NCBI RefSeq assembly: GCF_009914755.1 | Contig: NC_060925.1 | DNA: 64,000 nt | Source: the human T2T-CHM13v2.0 reference genome, Homo sapiens | Strand: one strand, 5' to 3' | In this document: piece by piece, positions 48,741-62,984 of the stretch | Layout: each line of letters begins with the position of its first letter | How positions within the stretch are numbered: position 1 is the stretch's first letter | Program-made: the position numbers and the translations under genes | The notes under the pieces: model-generated | Told to the model about the DNA's origin: nothing | Databases searched by the model: none | What the model saw: the letters and a program-made list of their open reading frames with translations, nothing else

Positions 48741-49275
48741 TGTGTGCCTTCTCAGTCTCTCAACTACCTCCCCTTTGTCTCTTGGTCAGTGGTCCACCAC
48801 ACCAGGTTGCCTCTACACTTTGGACTTCAATGAAACCCCTCATTGTGGAGTATGGGATCTGGCTTTCTGAGCAACCAATGAAGTCCCTATATCCTGGAAA
48901 TGTAGGGTATTGAGTATGAATTGGGTATGAATGTTGACTAATGGGAAGTGGGAGATGAAAAAGGCAGCTGGGAAAATAAATTTCTCCTTCTTTCACTCTC
49001 CTACAGTTACGTCTGAGGTGAGGTCCCTCATTGCAACCTTTCTAGGGAAATTTAACCCACTGAGTGAACACAGCTGCTGGGTAACAATTGCCTGTTCATG
49101 GCTCATGGTGAAGTAGTATGTGGCACAATTGGGCACTGCATCGTATTGCATCAAATGCTACCTTGCCTCATCTCTTTTCTCTCACTTTCACTGCCCTGTG
49201 CTTATGCTTTCCAAACATGTGAACATCTTAATTATTGTGTCAAGCTCTGCCTTCTAAAGGACCTGGGCTAAGACA
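48741..49275 (+). mobile_element. ERVL-class solo LTR
   Basis: Ends ctctgccttctaaaggacctgggctaagaca, typical of LTR33/LTR41-group U5. Confidence 0.55.
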
Positions 49276-49555
49276 ACTTAAAAGTGAATGATGGTGAACA
49301 TGCCACATATAAAAACATTTGAAATGTAGCTAGAACTATCTAAGAGGAAACTTTATGCTTAAAATATCTAGATTAGAAAAGAAGAAAAGGTAAAAATTGA
49401 TGAGTTAACTATCCAATTAGGAAGTTAGAGAAGGAATAATAAAATAAATCCAAAGAAAATAAAAGGAAAGAAATAACAAAGTTAAAAGGAGTTAGTGAAA
49501 TGAAAAACAAAGACATAAGTCAATAAGCCCAAAAGTTTGTTCATTTATAAATGCT

Positions 49556-50185
49556 GCCGGGCACGTTGGTACTCGTCTATAGCCCCAGGTACTCAGGAGG
49601 CTCTGAGGCAGAAGGATCGCTTGAGTCCAGGAGATCTGGGTTGTAGTGTGCCAGGCTGATAGGATGTCCACATTAAGTTCAGCATCAGTATGATGATCTC
49701 CAGGGAGCAGGGGACCACCTGGTTGCCTAAAGAGGTGTGAACTGGCCCAGGTTGGAAATAGAGCAGATCCAAACTCCCACGTGCTGATCAGTAGTGGAAT
49801 TGTGCCTGTGAGAGGCTGGGTGCCATGGCTCACACCTGTAATCCCAGCACTTTGGGAGGCCAAGGCAGGTGGATCAAGAGGTCAGGAGTTCAAGACCAGC
49901 CTGACAAACATGGTGAAACCCCATCTCTACTAAAAATACAAAAAACTGGCCAGGCGTGGTGGTGGGCATCTGTAATCCCAGCTACTCTGGAGGCTGAGGC
50001 AGGAGAATCCTTGAACCCAGAAGGCAGAGGTTGCAGTGAGCCAAGATCGCACCACTGCACTCCAGCCTGGGCGACAGTGCGAGACTCCATCTCAAAAAAA
50101 AAAAGAAAGAAAGAAATCGTGCCTATGAATAGCCACTGCACTCCAGCCACACAGCATGGCAAGATTTCATCTCTGTTAAAAAAAA
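49556..50185 (+). pseudogene. RN7SL420P: 7SL (SRP) RNA pseudogene interrupted by an Alu
   Basis: Contains the 7SL S-domain absent from Alu (ttaagttcagcatcagtatg...gggaccacctggttgcctaa...gtgctgatcagtagtgg). 3' end resumes at 50114, followed by an A tail. TSD TATAAATGCT/TATAAATACT. The pseudogene number is from memory. Confidence 0.9.
49814..50112 (+). mobile_element. AluS-like SINE within the 7SL pseudogene
   Basis: TSD GGAATTGTGCCTGTGA/GAAATCGTGCCTATGA. Confidence 0.92.
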
Positions 50186-50726
50186 CAATTAATTAATTAA
50201 TTAATAATAAATATAAATACTTTAGAAAAGTCTGTGATAGAATGATCAAGAAAAATAGAAAAGGAACAAATAAATGAGTAATGAAGAGAGGGACAAAACT
50301 GTAGCAAAGATTTAAAAAATAGTAAGCAAGTATTTTAAGTAAATCTTATGCCAATACATTTGAAAACCTATGTGGAAATAATGATTTTCTGGTTATAACT
50401 TCAATACTGACTCAAAAAGAAATAGGAAACTGGAACAGAAGTTAAATCGGGACTTTTGATTCTCATTGGCGAACTGCAGCCACCTAAAGAAAGATCTCTA
50501 CAGACATCCTCCAAAAACTATGCAGATTAATGAGGAGAACAAATAAGATTACTCTTAACCCACATCTATATTGGAAGATAATTTACATATATGTGGCTAT
50601 AAATCTCCGCAAGGAGCAGACCCAGCTTTAGAGCCCCCTTTGGAGTGGAGAATCAAGCAGGGATTTTGTGTAAGAAAAGTGCAACAAGATCCAAGCAGTA
50701 GCAGAAAATAAATAACTGTCCCCAGA

Positions 50727-51132
<406 letters not shown>

Positions 51133-51333
51133 CTAAGTAAATCTGAGCAAAACAAAGAGCCTTAGAGAGTGTGTGAGCCATAAAAACTTCAGGGAGAGAG
51201 CGAGGTAACTTGGAAGGAGGCATCCCTTAAAGGCTTGGTAGTGAAAGAAAAGAAGGAAGAAATATCTGAATTAAGTGTCATCAGGTACAGTATCACGAAT
51301 CACTAGCATGCCCTTTCTCTTTCTCTCTCTGTG

Positions 51334-51334
<1 letters not shown>

Positions 51335-51364
<30 letters not shown>
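51335..51364. repeat. (CA)n microsatellite
   Basis: Seen directly. Confidence 0.95.
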
Positions 51365-51366
<2 letters not shown>

Positions 51367-51440
51367 TCATTAAAGAAACTGAACTTCATTATATCATCAG
51401 AAGAGGGCACTGTTGAATTTGAAAATCCAGTAAAGCCTGC

Positions 51441-53390
51441 TGTCAGCCTGGGTTCCCACAAAAGCAGCTTGAGAACAAGGCTTGCATGCAGAGAATTTAT
51501 TTTGAGAAGTGATCTCAAGGAATAGGCATGAAGGACTAGAGGAAAGGTGAAAAGAAGGAGGGAAAAAGCAAACCAAGTGTGCATTATTGCGCTAATTATT
51601 GTTGTAGGCAACTAGGGCTCAGTCTTGCTGGGAACCCTCTGTAGAGCCATGGAGAATGCAGCATTGTCTGCTCTAGGGACAGAGACGAGCATTTAATCTG
51701 CTGGTTCCCTCCCCCATTGGTTCATGTGCAGCCATGGAGGTGGACTGCTTGCATCTCCTTTCAAGAAATAACTTGCTACTTAATTAACTGCAAGAAGGGC
51801 GCTTATCTGAAAGCCTTCAGCTGAGTGCCTTCAGGATATGCTGCAGCTTTTGAACCAAAGCCATGCTCTTCTGCGGCAGCACCAGTTAATGGGTGAGCTT
51901 GGTGGGGTCCCAGGGCTTTGTCATTTCTGCTCAACATGGGCAATCGTTGTTCCAAAGCTCCGTGTTAAGACTGTGACAGATCTGCTTCACCATTTGAGGC
52001 TCACCCCGCCCAACCCTGTGTGTGTCCTTGCCTGTTTTCTTTCACAGGTGTCTGAACTGCATTGTGGTCTGAAGAATTTTCCTACCCAGTCCTGCTTCTC
52101 TCCCTCTAGCCCACCTTCTTTTAACCTTTCATGAGAGTTATATCCAAATAAACCACTTGCACTCCTACCTCCCTCTCAGCATCTGCTTCCTGGAAGACTC
52201 AATTGATACAGTCAAGGATTACCTAATGGGGGTTAACTCCCTCATACTTCCAGGTTTACACATGCCTCAGAATGGTTGCATAGGCTGTAGGCATATCACA
52301 TGGCAGTGCCAGAGAAACTCCAGGAAGAGTATGCAAGCTAGGTATGCAACACTAGACGTATGCAATGCAGTGGAAGCCAGATGTGGTCAGCTTATTCCTG
52401 TGCCTGGCTGGTCACCTCAGCAATGACTGGCATAAAAAGGGTGAGTTCAGAAGATGTGAGGCCAGACTCAAGAGGTGTCCAATACAACCAAAAAAAAAAA
52501 AAAAAGGAGAGAGAGAGAGACAGGGTTTCATTTTGTCACCCAGGGTGGAATACAATGGCGTGATCATGGTTCATTGTAACCTCGAACTCCTGGGCTTGTG
52601 GCATCCTCCTTCCTGCCTCAGCCTCTCAAGTAACCAGGACTACAGGAGCCCACCACCATGCCTGGTGAATTAAAAAACAAATTGGTAGAGATGGGGTCTC
52701 GGCTGGGTTGCCCAGGCTGGTCTCGAACTCTTGACCTCAAGCGATCCTCCTGCCTCAGCCTTCCAAAGTGTTGGGATTATACAGGCATGAGCCACCATGC
52801 CTGGCCCAACGAACTACCCTTTGTGTTTCAGATTCCTGCCTAACAGTATGTCCAAGCTGTTACAGAGCCTTCAGCAGCCAGACTTAACACACAGATGTAG
52901 CAAATAAACTAGAATGTGCACTGCTGCAACTGGTGCCCAAGCTATAACTTATATTCATCCTGCCCCCACCCCCACCACCCCCAGATGTCCCTTTTCCTCA
53001 GCTGGCACCTCAATGGGTCTAGTTTGCCTGCCTGGTGTGGTGCTTCAGACCTTAATCTCTGAGGGGTGCTTGCTGGGCCATAAAAAGGATATTCCTGGGT
53101 TCCAGATGCACTTCTATTGTGTAGCAGAAACCCTATCTCTTCACGGTAGCTAGGGCCAACCACCCCTACCAATACTGCAACTTCTTTCTTTGCCTGCTGC
53201 TCCACTGACACGAGGATCCCAAAATGAGATAGTGGTTATAAAGCTTCATTTTCAGTGGAGCCCTGTGTCTCCCAGTGGCATGCACGGAATCTTTCCTACC
53301 TCTCCATCCCTCAGTAAACAGCCAGCCAGGGCAGCAAAATGTCAGCCACCTCTCTTTGCAGAAAAATACTTCCCTTATGTCTAAGATTGG
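51441..53390 (-). mobile_element. LTR33-like LTR with a nested LTR16-like LTR (about 51725-52210, +), an AluJ (about 52510-52806, -) and an ERVL internal remnant
   Basis: gggttcccacaaaagcag...tttattttgagaagtgatc; 52942-53211 QQAKKEVAVLVGVVGPSYREEIGFLLHN is ERVL dUTPase-like. Confidence 0.65.
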
Positions 53391-53866
53391 CATTCTTTGG
53401 GCTGCTCAAATTTAACTTGAGAGCAAGGGAACCCCACCACATTGGCGAGAGGAGGAGAAACTCTAGTGTTCTCTACTCCTATTGGTTCCCTTTTAGGGTC
53501 TCCTTCCTTCCTCAAGGACTCACTACTTTCTCTTTACAGTCCTGAGGTGGGTGGGGAATCTGGATCATCTCGGCCACCCCTCAGCAAACCCTAAGATGGG
53601 CCCAGTGCCTCTCTTTAGAATGAGGTAGTATTTATCATCTACTGTTTTTAGTTTTGAGGCTTCAGCACAAATTCTGAGATGACCGGAAATGTCCAGTTTA
53701 AAATGAAAAGTTGTTCAACCTCACTGTAGTCATAGCAATGTAATAAGCAATAAAGAAATGTCATTTTTGACTCATATGGTTGGCGGAAATTAATAACAGC
53801 AATAACAACCAGTGTTGGGCAGGACCTAGAGCAACTCTACAAAAGGCCAATAAGATGCAGTTATAA

Positions 53867-54569
53867 TTTTTTTCTTTTCTTTTTTTCATACAGAGAAAAA
53901 AGGCTTTTGTACCTGGAAAATACCAATTTTAGTTCATTTTTAAAGGGTAATATGCAATATATTAAAGTTTTTATTTTAAAACCTAGATTATCTTAAACCC
54001 TTAAGTTAAACCTACAAATTTTCTTGTTCTATTTGCAGATTTATCAATAAAAATAATTTTAAAATCATTGATACTGGCTCTTTGATCAGTGTTCAACTAA
54101 CTTAAATTTAATGGTTTAAATCCTTCTTAAACACTGACTTCACTTCTTAAAAAAAATCATATTTTCTTAGACATTTACAACTACAACCACAACCACAAAT
54201 TTAACATATCAGATTTTTCCAGGCAAATGAAACCCCTGTTGTGGCAGACTTAACGAGCAAAATTATTCTCAGCAATTACGCTATTTTTGCAAATTAATAA
54301 ATCAATCTTGTAATGTGGTAAATCAGATTCTCTTACCCATTTCAAACATTATGAAAACAGGAAAGCAAACAAAGCATATACAAAGCAGAGCAATGAAATT
54401 TTAACGATTTCGAAACTTATTACAAATCCCATATAATGCAGCCCACTCAGAAGAAATCCACATCCACTTTTTCATTATCTCTATACTTATTTGTGTACCC
54501 ATCCAGGGTTATAAATCACTCCCCTAAGCTAGGGAAAAAAATCGCAATCTCCGCAGAGTGATCCAATCC
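53867..54569 (-). pseudogene. Possible retrocopy of an unidentified transcript 3' end
   Basis: T-rich tract at 53867-53886; imperfect direct repeat AAGATGCAGTTATAA (53852-53866) / AAGATGCAGGTTAAA (54570-54584); not recognisable as a TE. Confidence 0.4.
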
Positions 54570-55374
54570 AAGATGCAGGTTAAAAAGATGGCAATTTTAC
54601 TGCCTGGTGTGACAGATGCAGTATCTGCGCCCTGTCTCTCTATTACTTGCCTACCTGTCTTATTGCTCACTTTTTCTACAATGTCATGTTTCTACAATGC
54701 CGTGCTGATGCACCCAGATGGGGTGATCATGTAAGCTAATGAGGCCTCATTCATAGCCATGGGCTGGCAAGTTTACACATCCCCAATTCGTAGTGTCTAA
54801 CCTCTCTTGTGCACCAAACACCTAAAGGAAAATCCCATGCCAGCACACCCCTTTAGAGTGCTTCTTCCCATTTAGATGAACAAGCCTCCATGGCAGGCTT
54901 TTTTATTTCTAAAATTTGACTCTTGGTTCAAAAACAAGTCCTTTTATGGTCAGCCAAGGACGGCTAGGGTAGTGTAACATTGTCATAAATGAATCTTTTG
55001 GGAACAAAGCTCTTTCATTTCAGTTAGCCATGGTTGAAACTCATGCATGAACACGTACACCTCATAAATTATGTTGGCACATCATGTAGGTTAGCAACAA
55101 ATTCTTCACTTCTCCCTTCCCTGTTCATCTGAGGTGCAGTCACTGATACCCTCCTCCTGGCTCCATTTCTTCCTCGTTCCTCCACCTTCCCGTCTGCCTT
55201 TTGGGAGGCTGAGAATATGTATTCTTACATGGACCCAAAACTTGGCCACCAGGGATGAGCCTGCACAGGCCCAATTAACAACCTCATCCTACTGCTGTCT
55301 TGCTGGTCTGTCCGGATGTCTAGGCTTCAGTCTCCACTGTCTACAATACACTCCCCTATAACTGAATCCCTCCC

Positions 55375-55769
55375 TATTATGCTTTGAGTGTGTTCCCCAA
55401 ATTCCATGTACTGCAAACTCAATCACCAATGTACCATATTGGAAGGTGGGAATTTTGAGAGATGACTGGGTCATGAGGGCTCTGCTCTCATGAATGGATT
55501 AGTCTATTCACTGATTAATGGATTAAAGAGTTAATGAATTAATGAGTTATCATAGGAGTGGGACTGGCGGCTTTATAAAAAGTAGAAAAGAGATCTCTTG
55601 CCATGTAATACTCTGCACCACCTCTAGACTCTAAAGAGTCCCTTATCAGATGCCAGGTCATGCCCTTGGACTTCCCAGCCTCCAGAAATGTAAGAAATAA
55701 ATTCCTTTTCTTTATAAATTACCCAGTTTCAAGTGTTCTGTTAAAAGCAACAAAAAATGGACGAAGACA
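55375..55769 (+). mobile_element. MSTD-like MaLR solo LTR
   Basis: gggctctgctctcatgaatggatt...ataaattacccagtttc...gaagaca. Confidence 0.8.
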
Positions 55770-56429
55770 CTCTAGCAGCCCCTAGTTGAAGGTGTGATGG
55801 GCTTTCAGGTAGGGAGACAGTCCCTTTAGGAAAGGCAGGGAATTCTCTTAGGAAGATGGAGCTTTTGGGTTTGAGCTACAAAATGAACAGGTTCTAGAGT
55901 TGCTGGGACAGCCAGGCCCCTACAGGGCAAGGCTGGGATATTGACTTTCAGAGCAGCCCTGGGCAGCTCTATAAAGCCCACCTTCTTCTCCCCTCCACTC
56001 TGAAGAGCATGTCCCATGTCCTTCCAGGTGTGCGCTCACCCCTCCTCTTTAATGCTTGCCTTTGTGAGTTCTAACCCTTAGGATCTTTCCCCTGCTTCCT
56101 TAGGTAGATGCTTAAGAGATGAACCCACACAAATAATTGCTAGTTTGAGGCGCTACTTCTTCTAAATGTATCTAATCTTCATAAGATATCCACAAAGCCA
56201 TAGTGTGCCAGACCTTAGGTTTTCTTGTCCAACCCCTTCTCTGTGGACAGGAAAATGAACTCAAAATAGGAGAATCACCTGCAAAAGGGCACAGTAGGAA
56301 GGGGTGGAGCCTGATGTGAAAAGCTGGAGCCTATTTAGAGCCTGGCATTTCATTTCTAGGATCTTCTCTACCCGCTCCTAAAACCATACCTACATGTGAA
56401 AAAGAATGAACGGTCCCCCAGATACTGCC

Positions 56430-57480
56430 CTGCCTCACTGTGTCTATTTTTTATTTCCAGACCTCTCCCCTGCATGCCAGACTTACATATCCATCTGTCT
56501 ACTTGACTGTTCCTCTTGGGTATCAAACCTCACATGCCTAAAACTAACCCGAATCTCTTCTCCTCTCCAAACTTGCTCCTCCCATAGTCTTCCTTATTTC
56601 AGTAAATGGCAAGTCTCTCCTTCCAGCCTCTCAAGCCAAACAACTTAATCATCCTTGTCTTTCTCTCACACACCATTTTCTAGCCGTCAGCATATCCTTC
56701 AGCTCCACTTTCTATGTGGAGCCTGATCTGTTATGACAGAGGCCACAGCATCCTTTCCTTATATTGCAATCGCTTCCTAAATGGCTTTCTTGCTTCTTCC
56801 CGCTCCCTGCTTCTCCCCGCTTCCTTGCATCTCCCCGCTCCCTGCAGTCAATACCCCACATAGCACCTGGGGTGGAAGGAGGACCAGGTCTCTCCCCTCT
56901 CATAATGCTTCTGTGGCTCCCGTGTCAGGCAAAAGCTGTGGTTCTTACCATGGCCTACAAGTCCTGCATGACACATAGCATCCTCTGGGGCTGCCTCCCA
57001 CCCTCAGCCTCCACCTCATCTCCTACCACTCCCCACTCACTCACTCTGCTCCACTGCCCTGACCTCCATGCTGTTCCTCAAACTTGCCAAGCAAGGTGCA
57101 GACTCAAGACCTTTGTGTGAGTCTTCCCTCTTCTGCAACTCTCTCCCCAGATGTCTAAGGCTCACCCCCTTGCTTCCTTCAGGCTCCGCTCCAACCTCAT
57201 CTCATGGAAGAGGTCTTCTTGACGCCCCATAGAACATTGTAATAGTGGCCCATCTTCCCCTCACTCCCTTTCCCTTTGCTTTATTGTTCTCCAAACCATT
57301 CACCATCTGACACATTTTATATTTACTTGTTGGCTTACTTATTTATTTTCTATCACTTTGCTCTAGAACATGAACGCCATGATGGCAGGGAATTTGCTTT
57401 GTTTACTGCTGAACATTTCCCAGCATGTAGAACAGCACCTGGCACTTACTAGATGCGCAATAAACATCTGGTGAATGAAC
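56430..57480 (+). mobile_element. L2a LINE 3' region
   Basis: Ends tagaacagcacctggcac...caataaacatctggtgaatgaa. Confidence 0.8.
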
Positions 57481-57489
57481 AAAGGAGTG

Positions 57490-57690
57490 ATTCTGTGGCA
57501 GACACTGTGGGAAGCATTTTATGTTCATTATTTTATTTCACCCTCACAACAAACTTGTAAGATGAATATCACATTTTTCTGATGAGGAAGTGAATAATCA
57601 GAACGATTCAAAACTACAAATAAAAGGTTCACAGTGCTCATTGCTGATAACTGGTAGAGTCAGGATTTGAAATCAGTTCTGATTCAATTG
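57490..57690 (-). mobile_element. MIR SINE
   Basis: cctcacaac...ctgatgaggaa...caggatttgaa. Confidence 0.65.
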
Positions 57691-57774
57691 TTTATCCATT
57701 TTTTAAAATAGAAGAAGGCATTGCAGGAATTATTCTATTATTTATTGTAATATAAAGCCAAACCAACGGAATAA

Positions 57775-58093
<319 letters not shown>

Positions 58094-59076
58094 CAGTGTT
58101 TGCATTTTAAAAGATCGTATGGAGAATATGGTAGTGTTGAATCCTTGATGGTGGAATTTCATACATTCAGCAGTAGACCTTCCCCAAACCTTCAAGCCGT
58201 ATCACATAGGTGCCTCCATCCTCTCTCTGCTCACTCCATCTGCAGCACAGGGTGCCTCACCATGCCCCTTTTCATACAGTCATACTGGAGGAGCATTCCT
58301 CTCCTGTACAACATCAGTGGTCACCTAGGTAATGAGTAGAACCCTGGATCTGTACTCAGAACACCTGGATTTGAGCTCCTCTCTACAGCATACTCACCGG
58401 GTGACTTGGACAAGACATGACACTCCTTTGAACCCAGCCTTGCTCTGTCGCTTTGTAGGGTGGTTATAGGCTCAAAAGAGGACACCTCAGCAAATGCTTT
58501 CCAAACTGCTGTCACAACGTGTGCTGTCACAATGTGTGCTGTCACGATTACCCTCGATGCTAATTCTGTCTCACTTGGAGCTAGACATTTGCATTTTACC
58601 TGAAAACTTTAGTGCTGACAGAGACACATCTCTCCAAGCCTGTTCTAAATTGTAATAAGATCAGCAATTCCATTTTTTCTGCTTCTCCTCTCCTCTTGTG
58701 CCCTCTGAGCTGTCTCACACCTTTGCTGTCATTCATACCCACACCCTTTCTTTTATTTCACACACATGATGCACATACTTGCTCGCGCTCTTGGACACAC
58801 CCAAGTGCACAGAGGTTTTCTTCCCCATCCTGAGTTTTGGACGTGCAGAACTGGCAAGAGAAGGTGGCCTTGTGGGAGAAGGGCAGAACAATTAAGGAAA
58901 CACCTCAAAGAAGGTAATAACAGCAGGAAAGGGAGCCTGTGTTTGAGGAATGGCTAGCAGGCTGGGGCATCTTTACTGTGTATGGTGGGGGTGGACGGGT
59001 GGGAGAGTGCTGGGGAAAGCACAGCTGTGAAGGTAGAGCCTGGTGGTCCTTGATCCTGCATGCAGTGAACTGTGGC

Positions 59077-59440
59077 TGTATTCATCTGTTTTCATGCTGC
59101 TAATGAAGACATACCCAAGACTGAGTAATTTATAAAGAAAAAGACGTTTAATGGACTCACAGTTCCATGTGGCTGGGGAGGCCTCACAATCATGGCAGAA
59201 GGTGAAAGGCACATCTTACATGGCAGCAGACAAGAGAGAAAATGAGAGCCAAGTGAAAGGGGATTCCCCTTATAAAACCATCAGCTCTCATGAGACTTAT
59301 TCACCACCACAAGAACAGTGTGGGGGAAACCGCCCCCATGATTCTATTATCTCCTACCAGGTCCCTCCCACAACACATGGGAATTCTGGGAGCTACAGCT
59401 CAAGAAAAGATTTGGGTGGGGACACAGCCAAACCATACTA
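59077..59440 (-). mobile_element. THE1B-like solo LTR
   Basis: TSD GTGGC on both sides. Confidence 0.9.
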
Positions 59441-59854
59441 GTGGCAGAAGGTCTCATCACAGTCATCTCACAGTCCTTCCTCACTCTGTGTCGGGGGCCA
59501 CTCCTGATCAGGGGTATTTCAGAAATCCATTCAGTCAGGGTTTTTATTCTTGGTTGCTGGATGTATTCTTGCCTCTGATAGAGGTGTGTGTCTTGATGAC
59601 CCTTGCGCTCTTGGTGGGGCGGGTCTCTATTTCCCATGCTTTCTCACCTCCCAGGAACCTCAGGCTTTCTCCATGGCTTCCTGCTCCCCCATCCTAATGA
59701 AGACCATCTTCATTATAGCTGAGGTGTCCCAGCCTCATCATCTGCCAGTCAAGGAACAAGACCTCTCTGAGAGCTTAGCTTCCTGTGTGTAAAATGAAAA
59801 ACTCACCTCTACTGGTCATTGAGAACAAAGAGAGAATCCCATGATAAGAAAATG

Positions 59855-62800
59855 GGACTTCCTTTCAGGATGAAGAAAGTGGGAAAGAATGAGGTTCCCA
59901 CTCTACAATAAGGAAAAGCTGGATAAGCTACAAAGTTACAGGTTTTATGGAGCCCATGAGAGAGGCACCAAGTAAACCAAATTCCAGAGAGGGACGAGAC
60001 CCTTGAAAGCAAGATCGGACACATACAGTCCCTCCTTTGGCAGAGCATGGGAGAAAGACATGGCTGCCAAACAAGCGAGTAAGAAAAAGCAAATTCTTAG
60101 GGGCCCAGGATGGACCAGCATGTCAGCTTGGAATGGCTGGGGGCTTTGGACACAAGGAGAGCTTGTTCTCCCTGGCAAGCTCTTCTCCATGAGCCTCAAA
60201 GATTGGAGGCAGGCAGAGACTGGCGAGAGCCTCCTCATTTGCAGGGGAAGGGGGATGGTATAAGCAATGAATAGCTGGGGGACAGGCACACAGCCTGCTT
60301 ACTTACTTCTCTGGACTCTTTTCTTCTATGAAACAAAAAAGCATAATGCCACTTGGGAACAGGTAGTGAGCCATTTAGAACCATGACTTTTTGGAAAATA
60401 ATAAAGTAAAACCCATCTTTCTCTGGAGAAGGTAGGAAACCATTTCCCAGGACGTGGGCAAAGAGTCATTGTTGCTGGAAGAGTAGAAGCAAAAAGCCCT
60501 TTACTCCTAGGGAAGGCAGGAAACCTTTTGGGTCCAGAATCCTATGCTGACACCAAGAATAGTACTGCACAGCTGGGATGTGGCAGTCCATTTCCACCCA
60601 GGAGTAACAACAAATACAAAACAGAGTTTCCCTACCACAATGAGGAGTGCAGGAAGATCAATAAAGCCTCATCCCCAGTCCCAGGTGCTCAGGGTCTACC
60701 TAAGACTGAGGCCAGTCCAGGACAAGAGAATCTCCTGCCATACCATGAGCCTAGCACTGAGTAACAAGACCTCTACTGTTGAGGACAGGGGAGTAGCAGT
60801 AAGAGAGACTCCCTTCTGTGGTGTAAGCACTCAAGAACAGTGAAACGTTTAGGGGTAGCAGAAACACCAGGAGAAACTCACTAGCACCCCAGACCCACAC
60901 TAAGCAGATGGTAATGGCATCCTACTGCTAGAAGAATTTGAAGCTCAAACCAGCTCAACTCCTGACTAGTCTAGCTCAACTCCCATCTCCCATTCCTACA
61001 TACACACTAATGGCCTAAGAATAGAAGAGGCATTTCTATTTCCAGGTGTGCAGGACAGGTCCCCAAATGACCTTGGTTAACCCAGCTCTTCCTCCTCTTG
61101 CTTGCAATTTGGAACAATGTTCTGAGAAAGCAATATGCTGAGATAAGAAGTACCTGTCCAGAATAGCTTGGGCTTTGTCCTCATTTCTCCTAGAACAGGA
61201 TGTCCTACAACACTTGTGCACAGTGATCCAGGTTTTCCCTGGGGAGTGAAACCCAGAATGCCATGATTTTGGAGTCCCTTAGCTTTGGTACAAAGTGGGA
61301 CACATGCAGATAAGACTCCATCTGCTGTGGACAGCTTTCCTGAGCCTTGGAGGACTGGCTCACCATGGATCCTAGGCTTCTGTTGATTCTTGCTGCCTAT
61401 TGGTGAGTAACAAGTTGCTTTCTCAGACTTGTGTGGGTTTTCTACCTTGCCAGACTCATACTCTGGTAGCTGGGTTTGTGCAAAACCTCCTGCCAGGTCT
61501 ATGAATCTTAACAAGTTATAAATATTATTTACCTCAGTTTCTACTGTTCTTCTACACATGAGGTATAGCATTCAACAAAAAAATTGTAAGACAGACAAAA
61601 TTGCGAGAGAAAACAACCTACCTTCAAGAGGTAAAGGAATCAACAAAACCAGAATCAGAGAAATCCAGACATTGGAACTATCAGACAGAAATTTTAACCT
61701 AACTAAACAATATGTTAAAGGCTCCATGGGAAAATATAAATCCATGAACTGGAAATTTCAGCAGAAAAATGGAAATGAGAGAAAATGTCTGCTAGAAATT
61801 AAAACCATGATATCAGGGATGAATTCCTCTCACAAGCCGATGAGTAAAGTAGACACAGCTGAGAAAAGAAACAGCAAACTTGAAAGCAGGTCAATAGAAA
61901 CTATTAAAACTAAAACACAAAGAGATAAATGAATGAAAAAAAAGATCAAAGTATTCAAAGCTATAGGGCAATATCAAATGGCCTAACATATATGTAATTT
62001 GAATCCTAGAAGAAGAGAAAGAGGACAAAGTGGAAGAAATATTTAAAGACATAATAATTTTTTTTTAAAAAATGAAATACATGAAACAACAGATCTAAGA
62101 GATACAGAGAACCCCAAGCAGTAGATGCACTTTTAAAACACCTAAACACATCATTGCCAAACTGCTAAATACCAAAGACGAAGAGAACATCTTGAAGGAA
62201 GCCAGAGAAAATAAACACATATAGAGAAACAAAGATTAGAAATACAACAACCTTCTTGTACGAAGCTATACAAGCCAGAAAAAAAAATGAAGTGATATCT
62301 TTTAAAAATTGAGGAAAAAATCCCTTTCAGTCAAGAATTTTGTACCCAGAAAAAAATATCTCAAGAATGAAGGTAAGATAATGACTTTTTTAGACAAACA
62401 AAATCTAGGATAATTAATTTCAGGCAGACTTGGTTCTATAAGAAATGTTAAGTTATAAGTTCTTTATGTAAAAGGAATATGATAACCAAATTGAAACTTG
62501 AATATAATCAAGGAATGGAGGAGCACAAAAAGGTAAACATTAAGATAAATATAAAAGACATTCTATTTGTTGATTGCATTATGAGATATTTGACTAACTA
62601 AAGATAAAAAGCATAACAATGCATTGTACAGTTTGTAAAATAAAGTAAACTATATGACAAAAACAGCACAAAATAATTGGAAGGAGAAATTGTAAATATA
62701 TTGTTGTTTCTTATACTACATATGAACTGGTATAATACTATTGAAAGAAAGATAAGATAAAAAATGTATATTAGCTACCCAAGGCCAACCACTGAAAAAG

Positions 62801-62980
62801 TTAAAAAGGAGTATAACTAAATGAACTAATAATAGATATAAAATGAAATCAAAGAAATAACTAATACAACCAAAGGCAGGAAAAGAACAAATCAAACAAA
62901 GGAAAATAATAGCAATGTGGTAATGTAAAGCCAACCACATCTATAATTAATGTTAAATGATCTAGGACATCTGTTTTTAA
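59855..62980 (+). mobile_element. Old L1 (L1MC/L1MD-like) 5' UTR and ORF1
   Basis: 61558-61932 EIQTLELSDRNF...LLEIKTMISGM...KLESRSIETI is ORF1-like. Confidence 0.7.
61047..61495 (+). mobile_element. ERVL-class solo LTR (MER54/73/74-like) inside the L1 5' region
   Basis: Homologous to 1510-1955 (antisense ORFs share ADG[IV]LSACVP). Confidence 0.65.
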
Positions 62981-62984
62981 CCAA

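Larger units (their letters stand above)
47100..50450 (+). mobile_element. Highly degraded old L1 (L1ME-like) with an Alu at 47880-48160
   Basis: ORF2-like motifs (aaaatagactttgaggcaa, tatgcacctaa); Alu TSD AAAACTAAGGATACA. Confidence 0.65.
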
